A stretch of 64,000 nucleotides of DNA from Monocercomonoides exilis PA203 (GCA_001643675.2 LSRY02000043.1:62001-126000); one strand, 5' to 3'; shown: positions 1-12,752, counted from the stretch's first letter. Notes: generated from the letters alone by a model not told the origin. Translations and numbers: made by a program.

Positions 1-114
1 AACAACAATGCGCTCCAACTGGACAAGAAATATCGGGGCAGATGAAAAAGAAAAGGAGGTTTGGCTATTGTTTTTTGTTTGTTTCTTTTTTAATGAAGAA
101 TTCTTTTTTTACTC

Positions 115-146
<32 letters not shown>

Positions 147-396
147 GTATTGTTTTTGTGTTCCAATGTTATTTGTTGTCATTCCACAGATTTCTCGCCA
201 CGAAAATCGGCTGAATCGGCGGAGGATGAACGAAGAGCGGGTGCTGTCGATGCATCAGCAGGAGGAAGCGAAGGGCGAGCAGCACCGAGACGCCCACCTG
301 CGGAGATTCACAGAGCTGCAGAACCAGTACGAGATGCACGCGGCTGAGGCGGACCATCGGGTGGAGGCGGTGATGCGCGACAGGCAGTTGATGTAG
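1..396 (+). CDS. 3' part of an intron-containing gene for a helical protein of unknown function (exons <1-58 and 190-396)
   Basis: GTTTGG donor at 59 and CCACAG acceptor at 189 join ...DEKEKE to ISRHENRL... in phase 0. GC-rich exon versus AT-rich, poly-A intron. TAG stop at 394-396. Confidence 0.6.
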
Positions 397-643
397 ATGG
401 TGTTTATGAATAAATTTGTGTTGTGATATTCTTTTGTTTTTATTATTTTAATTTTAAAAAAATAGAAAATCGATTATTTTTCTTCTTTAAACATTTCATC
501 TATTTTTATTTGTAATTTCCTTTCTGTTTTTTGTTTTAATCAAAATAATAAAATAAAATTCATCCAAAAATTTCCGCACAATACTAAAACCTTAAAAAGA
601 TTAATATTTTTCTCTCTGCACGGAACAGAAATATCCAAATAGA

Positions 644-767
644 TAGAAAGAGAGAGAGAGAGAAAGAGAAAGAGAAAGAAAGAAAGAAAGAGAAAGAAAA
701 AAAAAAAAAGAGAAAGAGAGAGAAAGAAAGAGAGAGAAAGAGAGAGAAAGAGAGAGAAAGAAAGAAA

Positions 768-826
<59 letters not shown>
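644..826. repeat. Polypurine (AG/AAAG)n microsatellite
   Basis: About 180 bp of almost pure A/G between two convergent genes. Confidence 0.95.
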
Positions 827-827
<1 letters not shown>

Positions 828-899
828 CATTTTAGATATTTATAATATCAATCACACAAGAATTCTAATGAAACAAAAAAACAGTTTTGTTTTGTTGTC

Positions 900-1962
900 T
901 CAAAGATCTCTGTCAATTTCTTTCTCAATCGTTGTCTCTCCTCCATGTCCAGGAATTACACGGGTTTTCAAAGGAAGATTATGAAAAAGATAATTTAATG
1001 AGGTCTTTAATTCCGAAGACGATCCTCCCTAAAGCAAAAAAGATGAAACAATTATGAAAATAACATTATTATGTTAAAAGAAAGTCAAAAATTAGAAAAT
1101 CAAGTTTGTTAGAAAGAACCAAATAAATAAGCAATCAAACGGGAAGATCTGTTCGCCCTGTAATTGTCAATTATAATTCAAAAATTGTATATATATTTAC
1201 CAAAATAACACGTGCAGCATACCAACACTGTTAAAAAATCACAAAAATTATCAAATTCGATTAAAGAGAAAAAATCAATTTGGCTAATCAAACCCATTTC
1301 GAAACAAAGTATCTCCAGATGCAAGAGTATCTCCAAAGAGAAAGCAGCATGATCCTTTAATACGAAAAAAAAATTGAATTCTTTGCGTAAATATAGAAAA
1401 ATTACCTTTACTATGACCAGGAGTATGAATTATCTTTCCTTTGATAGATCCAAATGAAATCATATTATCCTTTGAATGTGACTCAACCTATATATGGTTA
1501 TATCAATAAAAGAAAAAATAAAAGAAAAAATTTGATACCTTTGCAATGCTCTTCAATTTTAGTTGTGAATACCCAAACATTTTTCTTTGGTCATTAACTT
1601 TGTAATACAACTCAAAATCATCTGGATGAAGAGATGCACTACAATTGTAAACACGCTGGAGCTCACCACTAGGATCTATATGATCAAAATGTCCATGTGT
1701 GTCTGAAATTATTTATTCATAATAAAAGTCGAAATAACAAAAGTTTCCCGCATACAAAGAACATGTTTGACATTAAGTGATTTTTTGTTAACTTCCTTTA
1801 TTATTTTATCTAAATTATGTGGGAAATGTACAGAGTTCTAAGTTTTAACTATTTACCTATTTTGTTGCTTGGATCAATAATTATTGAATCTCTTGTATTG
1901 GTGTCATACGCAATAATAGTATTTGATTGCAGGTACCCAATGGAAAGCACAATAAATTCCAT
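900..1962 (-). CDS. Metallo-beta-lactamase-fold hydrolase (glyoxalase II/YcbL-like), multi-exon, absent from the ORF track
   Basis: Spliced translation gives IIDPS...THGHFDH (HxHxDH), HTPGHS, SGDTLF..GVGRTDLPGG and VIPGHG..TTIEKE. GT-AG introns. TGA stop at 900-902. A tiny upstream exon near 1994-2002 is possible. Confidence 0.85.
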
Positions 1963-2110
1963 CTACAACTTATAAACACACAAAAATTTTCACTTTGATC
2001 ATCTCCCATGAACAATTCCATTTTTAAATTTTCATGAAAATATTTGCGAATACACGAATTCGCAATTATACATAATCTTTTGTAAGCCTCACGAGGTTTA
2101 TTAAGAAATT

Positions 2111-2899
2111 ATGATAATTTTCATCGTTTTGTCAGCAGCAGTTGCTGATATTTCTCCAAATTTCATTGATGCCAAAACAATCTTGAATCAGCCTCCTCAA
2201 CAGTTTGCAAAATCTATGGAAAATCAACATTTTAGATCCAAAAAAATAGCAAAATTGAATAAGCACCAGGAAGATATCTCAAAGCCAGATTATTTTCCAA
2301 ATACAGAATTGAAATCAAAACTACTATCAAAAGAAATGCAAGGCATGTCAAAGGAATTGTTGGAGGATCATTTCCAACTTTATGATGGATACATAACCAA
2401 TGCCAATAAGCTTCTTGCAACTCTGCGAAATTTTTCGACTGAAAAAGAGTATCGAACAGATCGACGAAGGCGTCTTGCGTTTGAAGTTAATGGTATTTTG
2501 ATGCACGAGCTTTATTTTGAAAATCTAACACCAGAAGAAACGCAACCGTCTGAAAATGTGAAGGACTTTTTTTTGAATCGATTTGGCACAATTGACAATC
2601 TGTTCGAAGATTTGCGTGAAGTTGGATCCACAAGAGGAGTTGGATGGGTTGCTGTGATGCATGATACAACAACGAATAATACGTATATTAATTGGGTTGA
2701 AGAGCATCAGCTTGGAATGCTTGTTAATATGGAGCCCCTTCTCGTGCTTGATTGCTGGGAGCATGCATTTATTAAAGATTATGGAGCTTCCGGTCGTCCA
2801 TCGTTTTTTGAAGCTTCGTTGAAGAGAATTGATTGGAATGTGGTTGAAAAAAGAATAAATGCTGTGAAGAATGGAATGAGCGTGACTCGTTCTTCTTAA
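2111..2899 (+). CDS. SOD: Fe/Mn superoxide dismutase with hydrophobic N-terminal signal peptide; intronless
   Basis: Metal ligands EDH(FQLY), MH(ELYFENL) and LDCWEHAF (DxWEHA signature). GVGWV motif. N-terminus MIIFIVLSAAVA. Confidence 0.92.
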   Translation: MIIFIVLSAAVADISPNFIDAKTILNQPPQQFAKSMENQHFRSKKIAKLNKHQEDISKPDYFPNTELKSKLLSKEMQGMSKELLEDHFQLYDGYITNANKLLATLRNFSTEKEYRTDRRRRLAFEVNGILMHELYFENLTPEETQPSENVKDFFLNRFGTIDNLFEDLREVGSTRGVGWVAVMHDTTTNNTYINWVEEHQLGMLVNMEPLLVLDCWEHAFIKDYGASGRPSFFEASLKRIDWNVVEKRINAVKNGMSVTRSS

Positions 2900-3255
2900 G
2901 TTATTTCAAATCATTCATCTCAATTTTCACTTGTTCTTTGAAAGTTGTGAAATAGAAAAATGCAATTATAAAAAGCACGTTTTTGCCTTTAGAAAAATAA
3001 TTTCTTTGAAAAAAATGCTGAATTCTCTTTTCTCTGGTTATACTTGTTCTGTCTGTTTCAAAAAGTCGCGAAATGCTTGTCTTTGTTGTGATGGAGTCAA
3101 TTCATTTAGCATCTCTGGAGTTCCTCCTCTACTTTTCAGAGTTCGGGGCCTTGGACCGCAATCTTTTGTGCATTTTTAATTTTTTGAAAGAGCGTATCGA
3201 TTGTTCATGAAATTTTAAAAATTTAAAAAATAAAATTTGAAGTTAAAATATTAAT

Positions 3256-3908
3256 TTAATTGAACAAACATTGAGGTTGTTCTTGTGAAGTCTGTTGCGT
3301 CTGTGCATGAGGATTAGATTCGCAATGTGAATCTTGAACTGGAACTGATTGATCAGAAGACTGAGGAGGCGGTGGGGAAGGCTGTGGAGGTGAAGGAGGA
3401 GGTGGTGGTGGCTGTGGAGATGATTGCGAAGAAGGTGCTGGAGGTGCGGGGGGTGGTGGGACAGGGGCAGGAGCAGGTGCAGGAGCGGGAGGTGGAGCCT
3501 GTTGCTGAGGGATTTGAGGTGATGGATTCATAGGTGTTGGTGGACATTGCTGAGGTTGTTGTTGTGGTGGGCAACAATTTTGAGGGTATTGACGTTGGGG
3601 ACAAAAATATCCTGGTTGTTGCTGTTGCTGTTGCTGATAAGGATTTTGGTAATTAGGCCCAGGTCTTTGACGATATGGATAGTTTCCTCCATTTGGATAA
3701 CCACACTGGTTCATTGGACCATTCATTCCTGGTCCATATTGATTGCCACCAGGATAATACGGAGCTCCTCCATACTTTCGATTTTCAAAATTTTTATGAT
3801 ATTAACATTTTTGTGAACAAATTGAAACAAAGAAAAAATCAAAAATGAATTCAATACCTGAGCAAGGCAATCAAAGAAAAGCAAAAATGCAGTTGATATA
3901 AACAGCAT
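3256..3908 (-). CDS. Secreted Gly/Tyr-, Gln- and Pro-rich protein (exons 3908-3858 and 3774-3256)
   Basis: MLFISTAFLLFFDCLAQ|GTATTG...AAAG|YGGAPYYPGGNQYGPGMNGP: a phase-0 intron fuses a signal-peptide exon to the 156-aa ORF (about 189 aa). Confidence 0.7.
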
Positions 3909-4213
3909 TTACTCGATTTGAAAATGTATAATATTCACTGTAGTAGAAAGATCATTAATACATTTTTCTTTCACTTTTGGCCGATTATTTATAAAGAATA
4001 TGAAAAGTAGCATTTACTATTTTGAATACACTCATTTTAAGCATGATTCTTAAAAGAATATCTCGACTTTAAATGGTGAAATTCGTGATGAATAAAAAGG
4101 AATAACATTATAAAAAAATATATGGGTCATTTTGAAAAGGCATAAAGTGAAAGTGATTTTTTCCGTTCAAATATTTATTCCCTTAAAAATTCATCATCGA
4201 TAATCCGATGTAA

Positions 4214-7079
4214 TTACTTCTGCCCCCATTCTCCTTGAAGAACAGGTGCTTGCTTCTTGGATGAAAGTGCTGCAAATTCAGATGACTTTGCTTTGAAAGG
4301 AGCTGCTGATCCTTCCGACGATGAATTTGCTCTTTTATCTCCTTTCTTTCCCTTGTTCTCAGCTTTTTGCTGGGGCTTCTCCTCTTTTATTTCTGGAATT
4401 ACTTCCTTTTTCTCCTCTTTAACTTCCTCCTTCTTTTCCTCTTTCTTTTCCTTTGGCTTTTCTTCTTGTGCTTTTTCCTTTTTCACATTTTGCTGTTTCG
4501 GTTTTGGTTGTTGTTGTTGTTGTTGTTGCCCTTTCTGTTCCTTTTTGCCTTTCTTTCCTTTTTGCTGATTTTGTTGGTTTTGTTGGCTTGGCTGTTTTTG
4601 TTCTTTCTGCTCTTTTTGCTGTTGTTGTTGTGGCTTTGGTTGTTCTGTCTTGTTCTCTTTCTTCTCTTTCTTCTCTTTCTCCTGCTTTTCTGGTGCTGGA
4701 GCTGAAGCTGATGCAGATGCTGATGATGCTTTGCCTGGAACATATCTCATATCAGCTGGAGTCAAAACTGCATGTGGAGAAGTCGAAGATGAAGAAGAAG
4801 AGGAAGATGAAGAGGAAGAAGAAGAAGCTGAAGCAGAAGCAGAAGCAGAATCAGCCGATGCTGCCTTCTTCGGTCTCCAGACGAGGTCAGTCTGGCTCAT
4901 CTCCTTTGCCTCCTCTCTTTCCTTCCTCTCCTGCTGCCTCTGCTCAAACAGCTCCCTCTGCGCCTTCCTCCTCTCCTCCCTCTCCTTCTCCCTTTCTTCC
5001 TCTCTCTTCCTCCTCATTTCCTCTCTCTCGTCCACCACCACCTCCACTTTCTCTGCTGGAAGGCTGTTGAAATACGACTTTCTCTGCTTCAGCGCTTTGA
5101 TCGTCCCTGGAAGCTCTGCCACTGACGCTGGAATGTTCACTCCAACTTGGATGAACCCGGCGGCGATGTGGCCTGGCAGCTTCAGAATCTTCGGCTCTGC
5201 TTCTGCTTCTGCGGACGCTTCTGAAGAAGAAGAAGAAGAAGAAGAAGATGCTGAGGCTAAGGCTGAGGCTGGTTGTGCTCCTCTGCCTGCTTTCTTCGAC
5301 TTCTTCTTTCTTTCTTCCTCTTCCTCTCTCTCTTTCCTCTTGTCGCCAAGCAGTTGATACCCTTTCGGAATGCCCTCAGACAAAATGGCATCTTCTTTCT
5401 CTTCTTTTTCCTCTTTCTTCTCTTTCTTCTCTTTCTTCTCTTTCTTGTTCTGCTTTCCTTGCTTATTCTCTTCCTCTTTCTTCTCTTCCTTCTTCTCTTC
5501 TTTCTTCTCTTCTTTCTTCTCCTCCTTCTTTTCAGTCTTCTTCTCTTCCTTCTTCTTCTTCGCCAGCTGCTGAGGCACCATCCTCTCTATGAACGATATC
5601 AGCACATTGCACATGTCCATCTCATCCTGATGCGGATGGAACTTCTTCATTTCCTCTTCCCACTTCCTCCTCTTCTCCTCCATCTCCTTCCGCTCTTCCT
5701 CGCGCTTACGCTCTCGCTCTTCGTATCTTCTTTGTCTGAGGTTAATAGAAATGTTTCAATTAAAAAATCAAAAGAAATCATTAAAAGTAAATAGATAATA
5801 ATAAAAAATAGATATTAATTAACATTATAAAAATATTAAAAGTATTTTTTTTAAATAAAATTTTCAAAAAAAAAAAGAATAAAAAATTCAAATTTCCAAA
5901 AAAATAATAAATAAATAATTTTTTTCAATGAATTTTATAAAAAAGATAAAGAAATAAAAATATAGACAAACCTTTCCTGAATCGCTTTCTCCTGCATTTC
6001 CCTCTTCTCCTGCTCCTTCATCCGGGCAAGCTCAATCTGGTTCTCGTGGTATCTGTCCCATGCTGCCTGGTACTTCTCGTGTGCTGTCTCCCACTCCTTG
6101 TCTTTCTTCTCCTTCTGCTCCATCAGCTCTTTCTCTTCTTTTGACTCTTCTCCTTCCTCAGCCTTTGCCAGCGCTGCCTTCGTGTCTTCGAGTCTCTTCT
6201 TCTCCCATTCAATATCTCCATTGTGCTTCAGCACTGCTGCTTCAGCACGTGACAATTCCCTCTTTGCTTTATCCAGCTCCCGTCTTGCATCCAACGCTTT
6301 CTGCTCTCGTTTTTTCAGATCTGCAAACAAGTGTTCAGATTCTCGCATCCTTGTAATTTCTCCTGTTGCAACCTTTTGCTCTTTAAGAGTGAGAGAAGTC
6401 GTCTCAATGTAATGCATTTGTTCACTTAGTATCATTCAAATTTTATTCAGAAAAAAAATATTTTCGTAAATTTTCTTATTCGAAATAAACAAATTAATGA
6501 ATAAAACTTGATCTTTGCGTGCAATTCATCGAGGGATCTGCAAGGCAATTTATGTCTGAACGTTGTCAATGCATGGTTCTAATTTCCGTGAATGACGTAA
6601 CTTTGAGTTAAGTTTTATAAAAGCACTTTCAAACCTCTGCATTAAATATTTTCTCCTTTTGATCAATAATAGATTTACATTCTTCAACATGCTTTTGTTT
6701 TTCTGCGAAAATGTTTTCTGCATTTGAAATAGTTGATTCACTTCGCTTTATTAATCGTGTCAAGCGCTGCTTTTCTTGAACTCTTTGTTTGTTTCGAGCA
6801 TAAAATTCAGACTATTTTCGACAAGAAACAACATGTAATTTAAATGTTTCAAGTATTAAAAAACATCAAAAAGCAAGAATCATTTTGCACAAAATGAATT
6901 GATGTTTCTTGAGAAATAACTTTCAAAAAAGAACACACAATTTTTTCAAGAATTTTTTCATATTCATCTTCAATTCTCTTTAACGTTGCTTTAAAAGCTT
7001 CTTCATTTGGTCTTGGAACAGTTGTTGCTTGTTCTTTTGACTTTTTTCCAACGCTTTTATTTGTTTCAACCTTTGACAT
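4214..7079 (-). CDS. Bfr1/proton-pump-interactor-like coiled-coil protein, multi-exon
   Basis: Segments RPNEEAFKATLKRIEDE, KLPCRSLDELHAKI, EQMHYIETTSLTLKEQK..EITRM and F.QVGVNIP.S..ELP.TIKALKQRKSYF resemble conserved Bfr1/PPI blocks (from memory). GT-AG introns link the ORF pieces. Confidence 0.6.
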
Positions 7080-7324
7080 TTTTAGTTCTTATTTTAGAGA
7101 TGTAAAATTCACATCAATTGATATGATCTTTATTTCACATTTTAAAAAATCAGAAACAATTTTATAATATTTCCTCAAAGGAGGGAGAAGACTCAAAGTC
7201 AATTAAAATCAAGGTGAAATCGCTAGGATGTATAAGAAGTCACGAACATCAGAATAATGTTTATAAATCAAAAAATAATTTCTTAAAAATAAATTGTTAA
7301 CAAAATAACGATAAAAAATAAAGT

Positions 7325-7973
7325 CTATCCAGAATAGGAATATGTGCTTCCAGCTGGAGCAGTGGAGTAAGCAGTTGTAGGTGGTGGAGCTCCTGATGAA
7401 TAACCTTGTGATGGAGCAGAATATGAATCTTTGAAGTCATTTCTGCATAAAAACGACAGTACAGCAGCAACAGCTAAATAATTGAAATGAAAATGAAATA
7501 TTAGATATGGATACACTTCGTAAAAAAATCAAAATTAAAATACTACCTTTTGCAACAATCAAGAATGATGAGATAACAATAAAATAGATGCGGCCCCAAA
7601 CTCCCTTATATGTGATACCTAAATTAAATTTCATTGCAAATATTGAAAAAAAAATAAAATTTAAAAAGCAAATAAGACCAACCAATGACAATAAGGTGAA
7701 CTACTGAAAATAAAGTGGAAAATGCTGCAACTGCCATGAAGAACAACATAAGAGTTGAACTCCCTTGATGTATGGCATAGCATCCAATAAGAGCTAAAGC
7801 CAAATCTTCATTCGTTATAACAAAGAACTTGTTAATTATTGAGAAGAACTTTAAGTCAAAGGAAAAGTCAAAGAAAACAAATTTTCTAATTTATATATGC
7901 ATGCCATCATAACTGCTAATGCAAGCATCAGCAACTTTGACAAGAAAGAAGTGTTTTTGATAAAGTCGAACAT
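7325..7973 (-). CDS. Small multi-pass membrane protein with Ser/Tyr/Pro tail (possibly COPI-associated/Tvp15-like); several short introns
   Basis: Hydrophobic exons (SKLLMLALAVMMA; LMLFFMAVAAFSTL; GVWGRIYFIVISSFLIV; AVAAVLSFL) then YSAPSQGYSSGAPPP tail. Exact start uncertain. Confidence 0.5.
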
Positions 7974-9109
7974 CTCTAAAAATTTGTTGAGTGATCTCAA
8001 AACCTTTATATATCAAAAATATCCTATTTTGGAGATCATTCATTTTTGCAATGTTATTAATAATATTATAACTTATTAAATTTTTATATTTCTTTATTGA
8101 TGAAATTCTTCTGCAAAAAGTGTCATTTTACCTTTTAGAATTGTTTTGATAATTAACTTGCAAAATATTTTTCATGAGAAAGTAAAAAATAAATATTTTT
8201 AAATAAAACATTTTCGAGGAAAAAAATATTGTGTTTTTTGTAATATAAAAACAATTGTTTTTGATAATGTGGAAATCATTATATTTTTTTTTCTTTGTGT
8301 ACAGAATTGTTTTTCGTAAAAAGATATCGCTTCCACTACGAAAACCTGAAAAAACAGAGAAATAAGCAGAGATAACTAATTAATAAAGCTTCAAACAATA
8401 TTTTTTATGACAACAAACATTAATTTGTTTTTGTTTGTTCTTCTTCTACAAAATGAAATACAATACTTATGGATGTTTGAAACATTAATATACAAGCTTA
8501 TTTTCTTAATCGTTTCAAAAAAAAAAAATATTCAAAAGTGAAAACTCAAGAAATGAACTTGTAATTCATTGATGTCAAATATCATTAAGAAAAAATAAAA
8601 ACAAGATTGTCATATTGAAACTTCTATTTTTTTTCAATTTTTGAAGACAATAAAATGCAAAATGATTCAATTAAACATTGTTTGAATGACAATGGACTTA
8701 TTGTTTTCTAAACAACTATTCTGAAAATAATTCCGTTTATTTTTATTTATATTTGTAATATTTTCATTGGCTTATATGATATGAAATGCTAACGTTTCCA
8801 CTTTATATGAATGCAGGAAAAAAAATTGACCAAATTTCGGAGAAATAATTGTGAAATTTTCTCCGATATTTATCCACTGCTATTAACGGATATTTTTTCG
8901 TCTGATTTTGTTAAACCATTAATGATTATTTCCGATAGTGAATTATAGGCTATTGCTTTTTTCAGATGAAACCCATAATTCATTGTGAACATTATTTTTC
9001 CAGATCGATTGAAAATTTTCTGAAAATCTTCATGAACACTCAATTTTCACTGCAAAATTTTATCCTTTTCATTATCTTATCAATTAAGGAAAAGTGGAAT
9101 TTCACATAT

Positions 9110-9830
9110 GGCTGATTCTTTTTTAAAACTTCCTTTTGTTTTATTTTCGAATAAAACCAAATTTTCAAAATTTCATCAATTTTCTGTTCTGACTTTCGTA
9201 ACTTTTCTGAAATGGAAATAACAACATTGTTTAGGTTCTATTTCCATTTTTATGAAGTTCAAAACGTGGTAACAGAAAATTGATGAAAATATGAAATTTT
9301 CGTTTTATTTGAAAATTTAACAAATGAAACTTTTCAAAAAAATAATGACATATTTCTAAATGGGTAATTCTTTTTGAAAAGTCACAAATGTTTAATTTTC
9401 TAATACTTCACAAATTTCATATTTTGATCAAATTTTTGTTTCAACTCACAAATCTCCTCAAGAATGTTTGAAATAACATTATCAAGAAATAGATTTCTTT
9501 TAAGTGAAGTTTGATATTTGTTAACAAAATATATAGCAAGATATGAAAATTTTGAAGTATTAGAAAATTAAACATTTGTGACTTTTCAAAAAGAATCACC
9601 CAAATATTTTTGAAAAGTTCCTTTTGTTAAAATTTCTGATTTAAACGAAAACTGAATATTTTCATCAAATATTTCTTCCAACTCTCAAAAATTCATAAGC
9701 ATGGAAATATTAAAATTGTGAAGCAATTGGTTCCAAACTTGTGAATATTGGTAAATTGGAATGAAAAATTGATGAATGTGTTCAGTCTTCATTTTTACCT
9801 GAATACAAAACAAAAGGAACATTACAAAAA
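9110..9830. repeat. Array of adjacent imperfect palindromes; best-preserved arms 9361-9426 and 9537-9602 (MITE-like)
   Basis: TGGGTAATTCTTTTTGAAAAGTCACAAATG... is mirrored by ...CATTTGTGACTTTTCAAAAAGAATCACCCA. Related alternating-orientation units lie on both sides. An arm fragment recurs near 13235-13268. Confidence 0.75.
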
Positions 9831-11099
9831 AAATTAAGAGAAATCTGAAAAACAAAAAAAGAGATTCCAGATATTGATGAAAGTGTTTTATTGAAAAACG
9901 TGTCTGTAAACTCTCAAATCGTAATTATATAATTTTTTTCTGATGATTTAACCACAAGAAAAATAAATAAAAAAGTTAACCCTGGGTGACGTGGTGACTT
10001 CTGACGTGACCTTTTCGATTTTTGACGGACTTGCCAGATTTTTCCACGTCACATAAAAAAAAGGAAAAATAAATATATTTTATCAAAATTTCCATTACAC
10101 ATTTTTCACTGACGTGCAAGCTGTTATCAGATTTTTGACGTGTCACTGACGTCACCTGTCTCTGACGTCACTCCATGTCAGAAATGTGTTTATGCTTTTG
10201 AAATGCGAAGAAGAACCAAATGGTCAGTAATGTTTAGAATTGTTATTGATTTTGTTTTTCTACTTATTTCCTAAATTTTTCTAATTTTTCCCTCAATTCT
10301 CCATTTTTTTCTAAGTGAAATACATACATCAAAAGAAAGAACATGATAATGCTATTTATTATTCTTTCAACGCAATAGCACAACATTGAGAATGACTTGT
10401 TGTCGAGGTTTTGATTTTGTTGTTATTCATCTTTAATTTATCTCTTTTGTATATTTTCAATCATGACTTAAACTGCTAAATTGTCTTTGAAAGAAAAATG
10501 AATATTAAGTCGATTTAACATCTTTGTTATTCAAAAAATGTTGGAAATAAATTCAGTTGTTGAAGAAAATGAATAGTCTAAAAATGATTGTTTCTTTAGG
10601 TGCTAAAGTTCAAATAAATAGGGATGCTCTCATTTAATGACGAGTGAAGTTTTGATTACAACTGTCTTGTTAAAATTGATGAATTACGTGCAACCGTGGA
10701 ACGCTTTTGCATTTATGATTTTCAAAGCTGTGAAAGGCCAAAAGTTTAATAAATTACTCAAAAGAGCATAAAATGGGATGAAATATTTAACAAACGAACA
10801 AGTGTGAGAATTCTTCTAAGCACAACGGTGTTCCAGCCAGTCATTTCGAAAATTTTTGTAGAAGAAAAGAAGCAACAAGATTATTTGATTGTTTCAATTT
10901 TTGTAAGTTTTTTTCAATAAAAAATATGAAAAAATTCACAAACAAAACTTTTTCATATTTCGAATAATAATCTGCTTTCAATTTTGTGAAATGGCAAAAA
11001 AAGAAAAATAAAACATCAAAGTTACAATATTCATTTCTTCTAATTTTCTCAATCAAACGAAAATAGACAAAAATATTCATCGGCAATTAATCGAATATT

Positions 11100-12340
11100 T
11101 TTTTTTGTTAAAAATAAAGCAATTCGCAAAAAAATAGCGATGATATCTTCATATCCTTCTTCTTCCATCTTTTTGAGCATCTCCCTTTTGGTTGTCTTTC
11201 TCTTTGCCTCTTTCATTTTGTTACCATCTTTTCTTTCATTCCCCATGAAATAAAATGAAAAAACTCAATAGATCACTCACAATTCTGTCATTCACTGTTT
11301 GCTGCTGAATTTCCTCTAAAACAACTTAAACTGCTCACCTTTTCAAAAAGTCTTCAACCATCACGCCTGTGCCATCTGCTGCTCTTTTTATTAATTCAAA
11401 GCATTTTTTGCTTATTTCTCCATAATTATCCATTGCTGTTCGAAGCACCCGAACAACGCTTTCAATAAGCCCAGCAAATTCTTCATTCCGCAATTTGCAT
11501 TCCCTAAAGAAAGAGTCCAACGTTCCGATCCATCTCAATAAAATGAATTCTTCTTTGGTTTCTTTTCCTCTCTTCCAATCCACACATTTCGACAGCTCTT
11601 CAAGTTCTCTCTCCGCTTCTCTCGCAAAATGCAGCTCATTTCCAACAATATCTTCCAAGCTTCTTTAGAAACAGAATTTTTGAGTCAGAAATTCCCAAAT
11701 CGAATAATAGTTAAGATGAGAAAGAATGTTGCGTTCCTGATAACATTGGATTACTCCCGCTTCACATTCAGATACAGCTTCTGCTCGACAAACTTAATTA
11801 AAACAAAAAAAACCTTGACAATGGAAATCACAGAAAAATTTTTTCACACATTCTGCCCAAAAGCAACTCAAAACCACCAATCACATTTCCACTTCTTTTT
11901 GCAGCTCTTCATTTTCCTCTTTGTTCAATACAGCTTTCAAAAGATTAGGAACAAAAATGGAATGAACTACTTCTGAAATTAAACCATTAGAGAGTAGCAG
12001 ATAACAATCACAAAGATAAACCAGAGCATTTCTTTCTTTTCTTCTCCTTTCTTCTATTTTTTCGAGAATTAACTTTTCTTATATTTCACAAAGAAACGAA
12101 CCATTCAAACCATCCATATTCACGCTCATTATAATTATCCAATATTCAACATGCTCCAGAAACACAGCTGCAGTACCAGACACAATTTTTTATGTTCGAT
12201 CATTTTATGTATTTTATCAAACATTTTTTTGTGAAAACAAATTTAATCCTTTGTCTCACATTGCTTCAATTACTCAATGCATTTCTTCCATTTGCTGTCT
12301 GCGCATCTCCATTGCATCTTTCAAGCTCAGAAAACATTTC
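11100..12340 (-). pseudogene. Decayed member of a large uncharacterised helical protein family (Monocercomonoides-type)
   Basis: Blocks MFSELERC..., LLKAVLNKEENEELQK/EVEM, LHFAREAERELEELSKCVDWKR and KMEEEGYEDII are broken by several stops and frameshifts. Family assignment is from recognition, not a search. Confidence 0.75.
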
Positions 12341-12752
12341 TGAATAAAATAAATAAGATATAATCATAATCATAAAAAAACCAGCATTAACATAAAACGC
12401 AAACCCAAAAACGTATTTTCAATATTCTTCTCCTTTATTTTTTGCTTATGTTGCAGTTGGAAAGTGTCACACTTCAACAATTCAAACAAAATAAACACAT
12501 GAAAATAAAGGAGAAAGAAATTGAAATGTTCAAAAAAAAATAAGTGTGAAAAATTTTGTATTCATACCAAGATTAAACTGATTTGTTCTATAAATAAGCT
12601 ATTTCGTAGATAGTTTTCGAATAAAAAAACGAATAATTTTGTAATGGGATACATTGATCATTCACAAAAAATTCAAAAAAGATATTATTATAAATGTTCA
12701 TATATTTATAATTTAAACTTTCAAGTTGTTATTCTCTGAATATAAATGAAAT

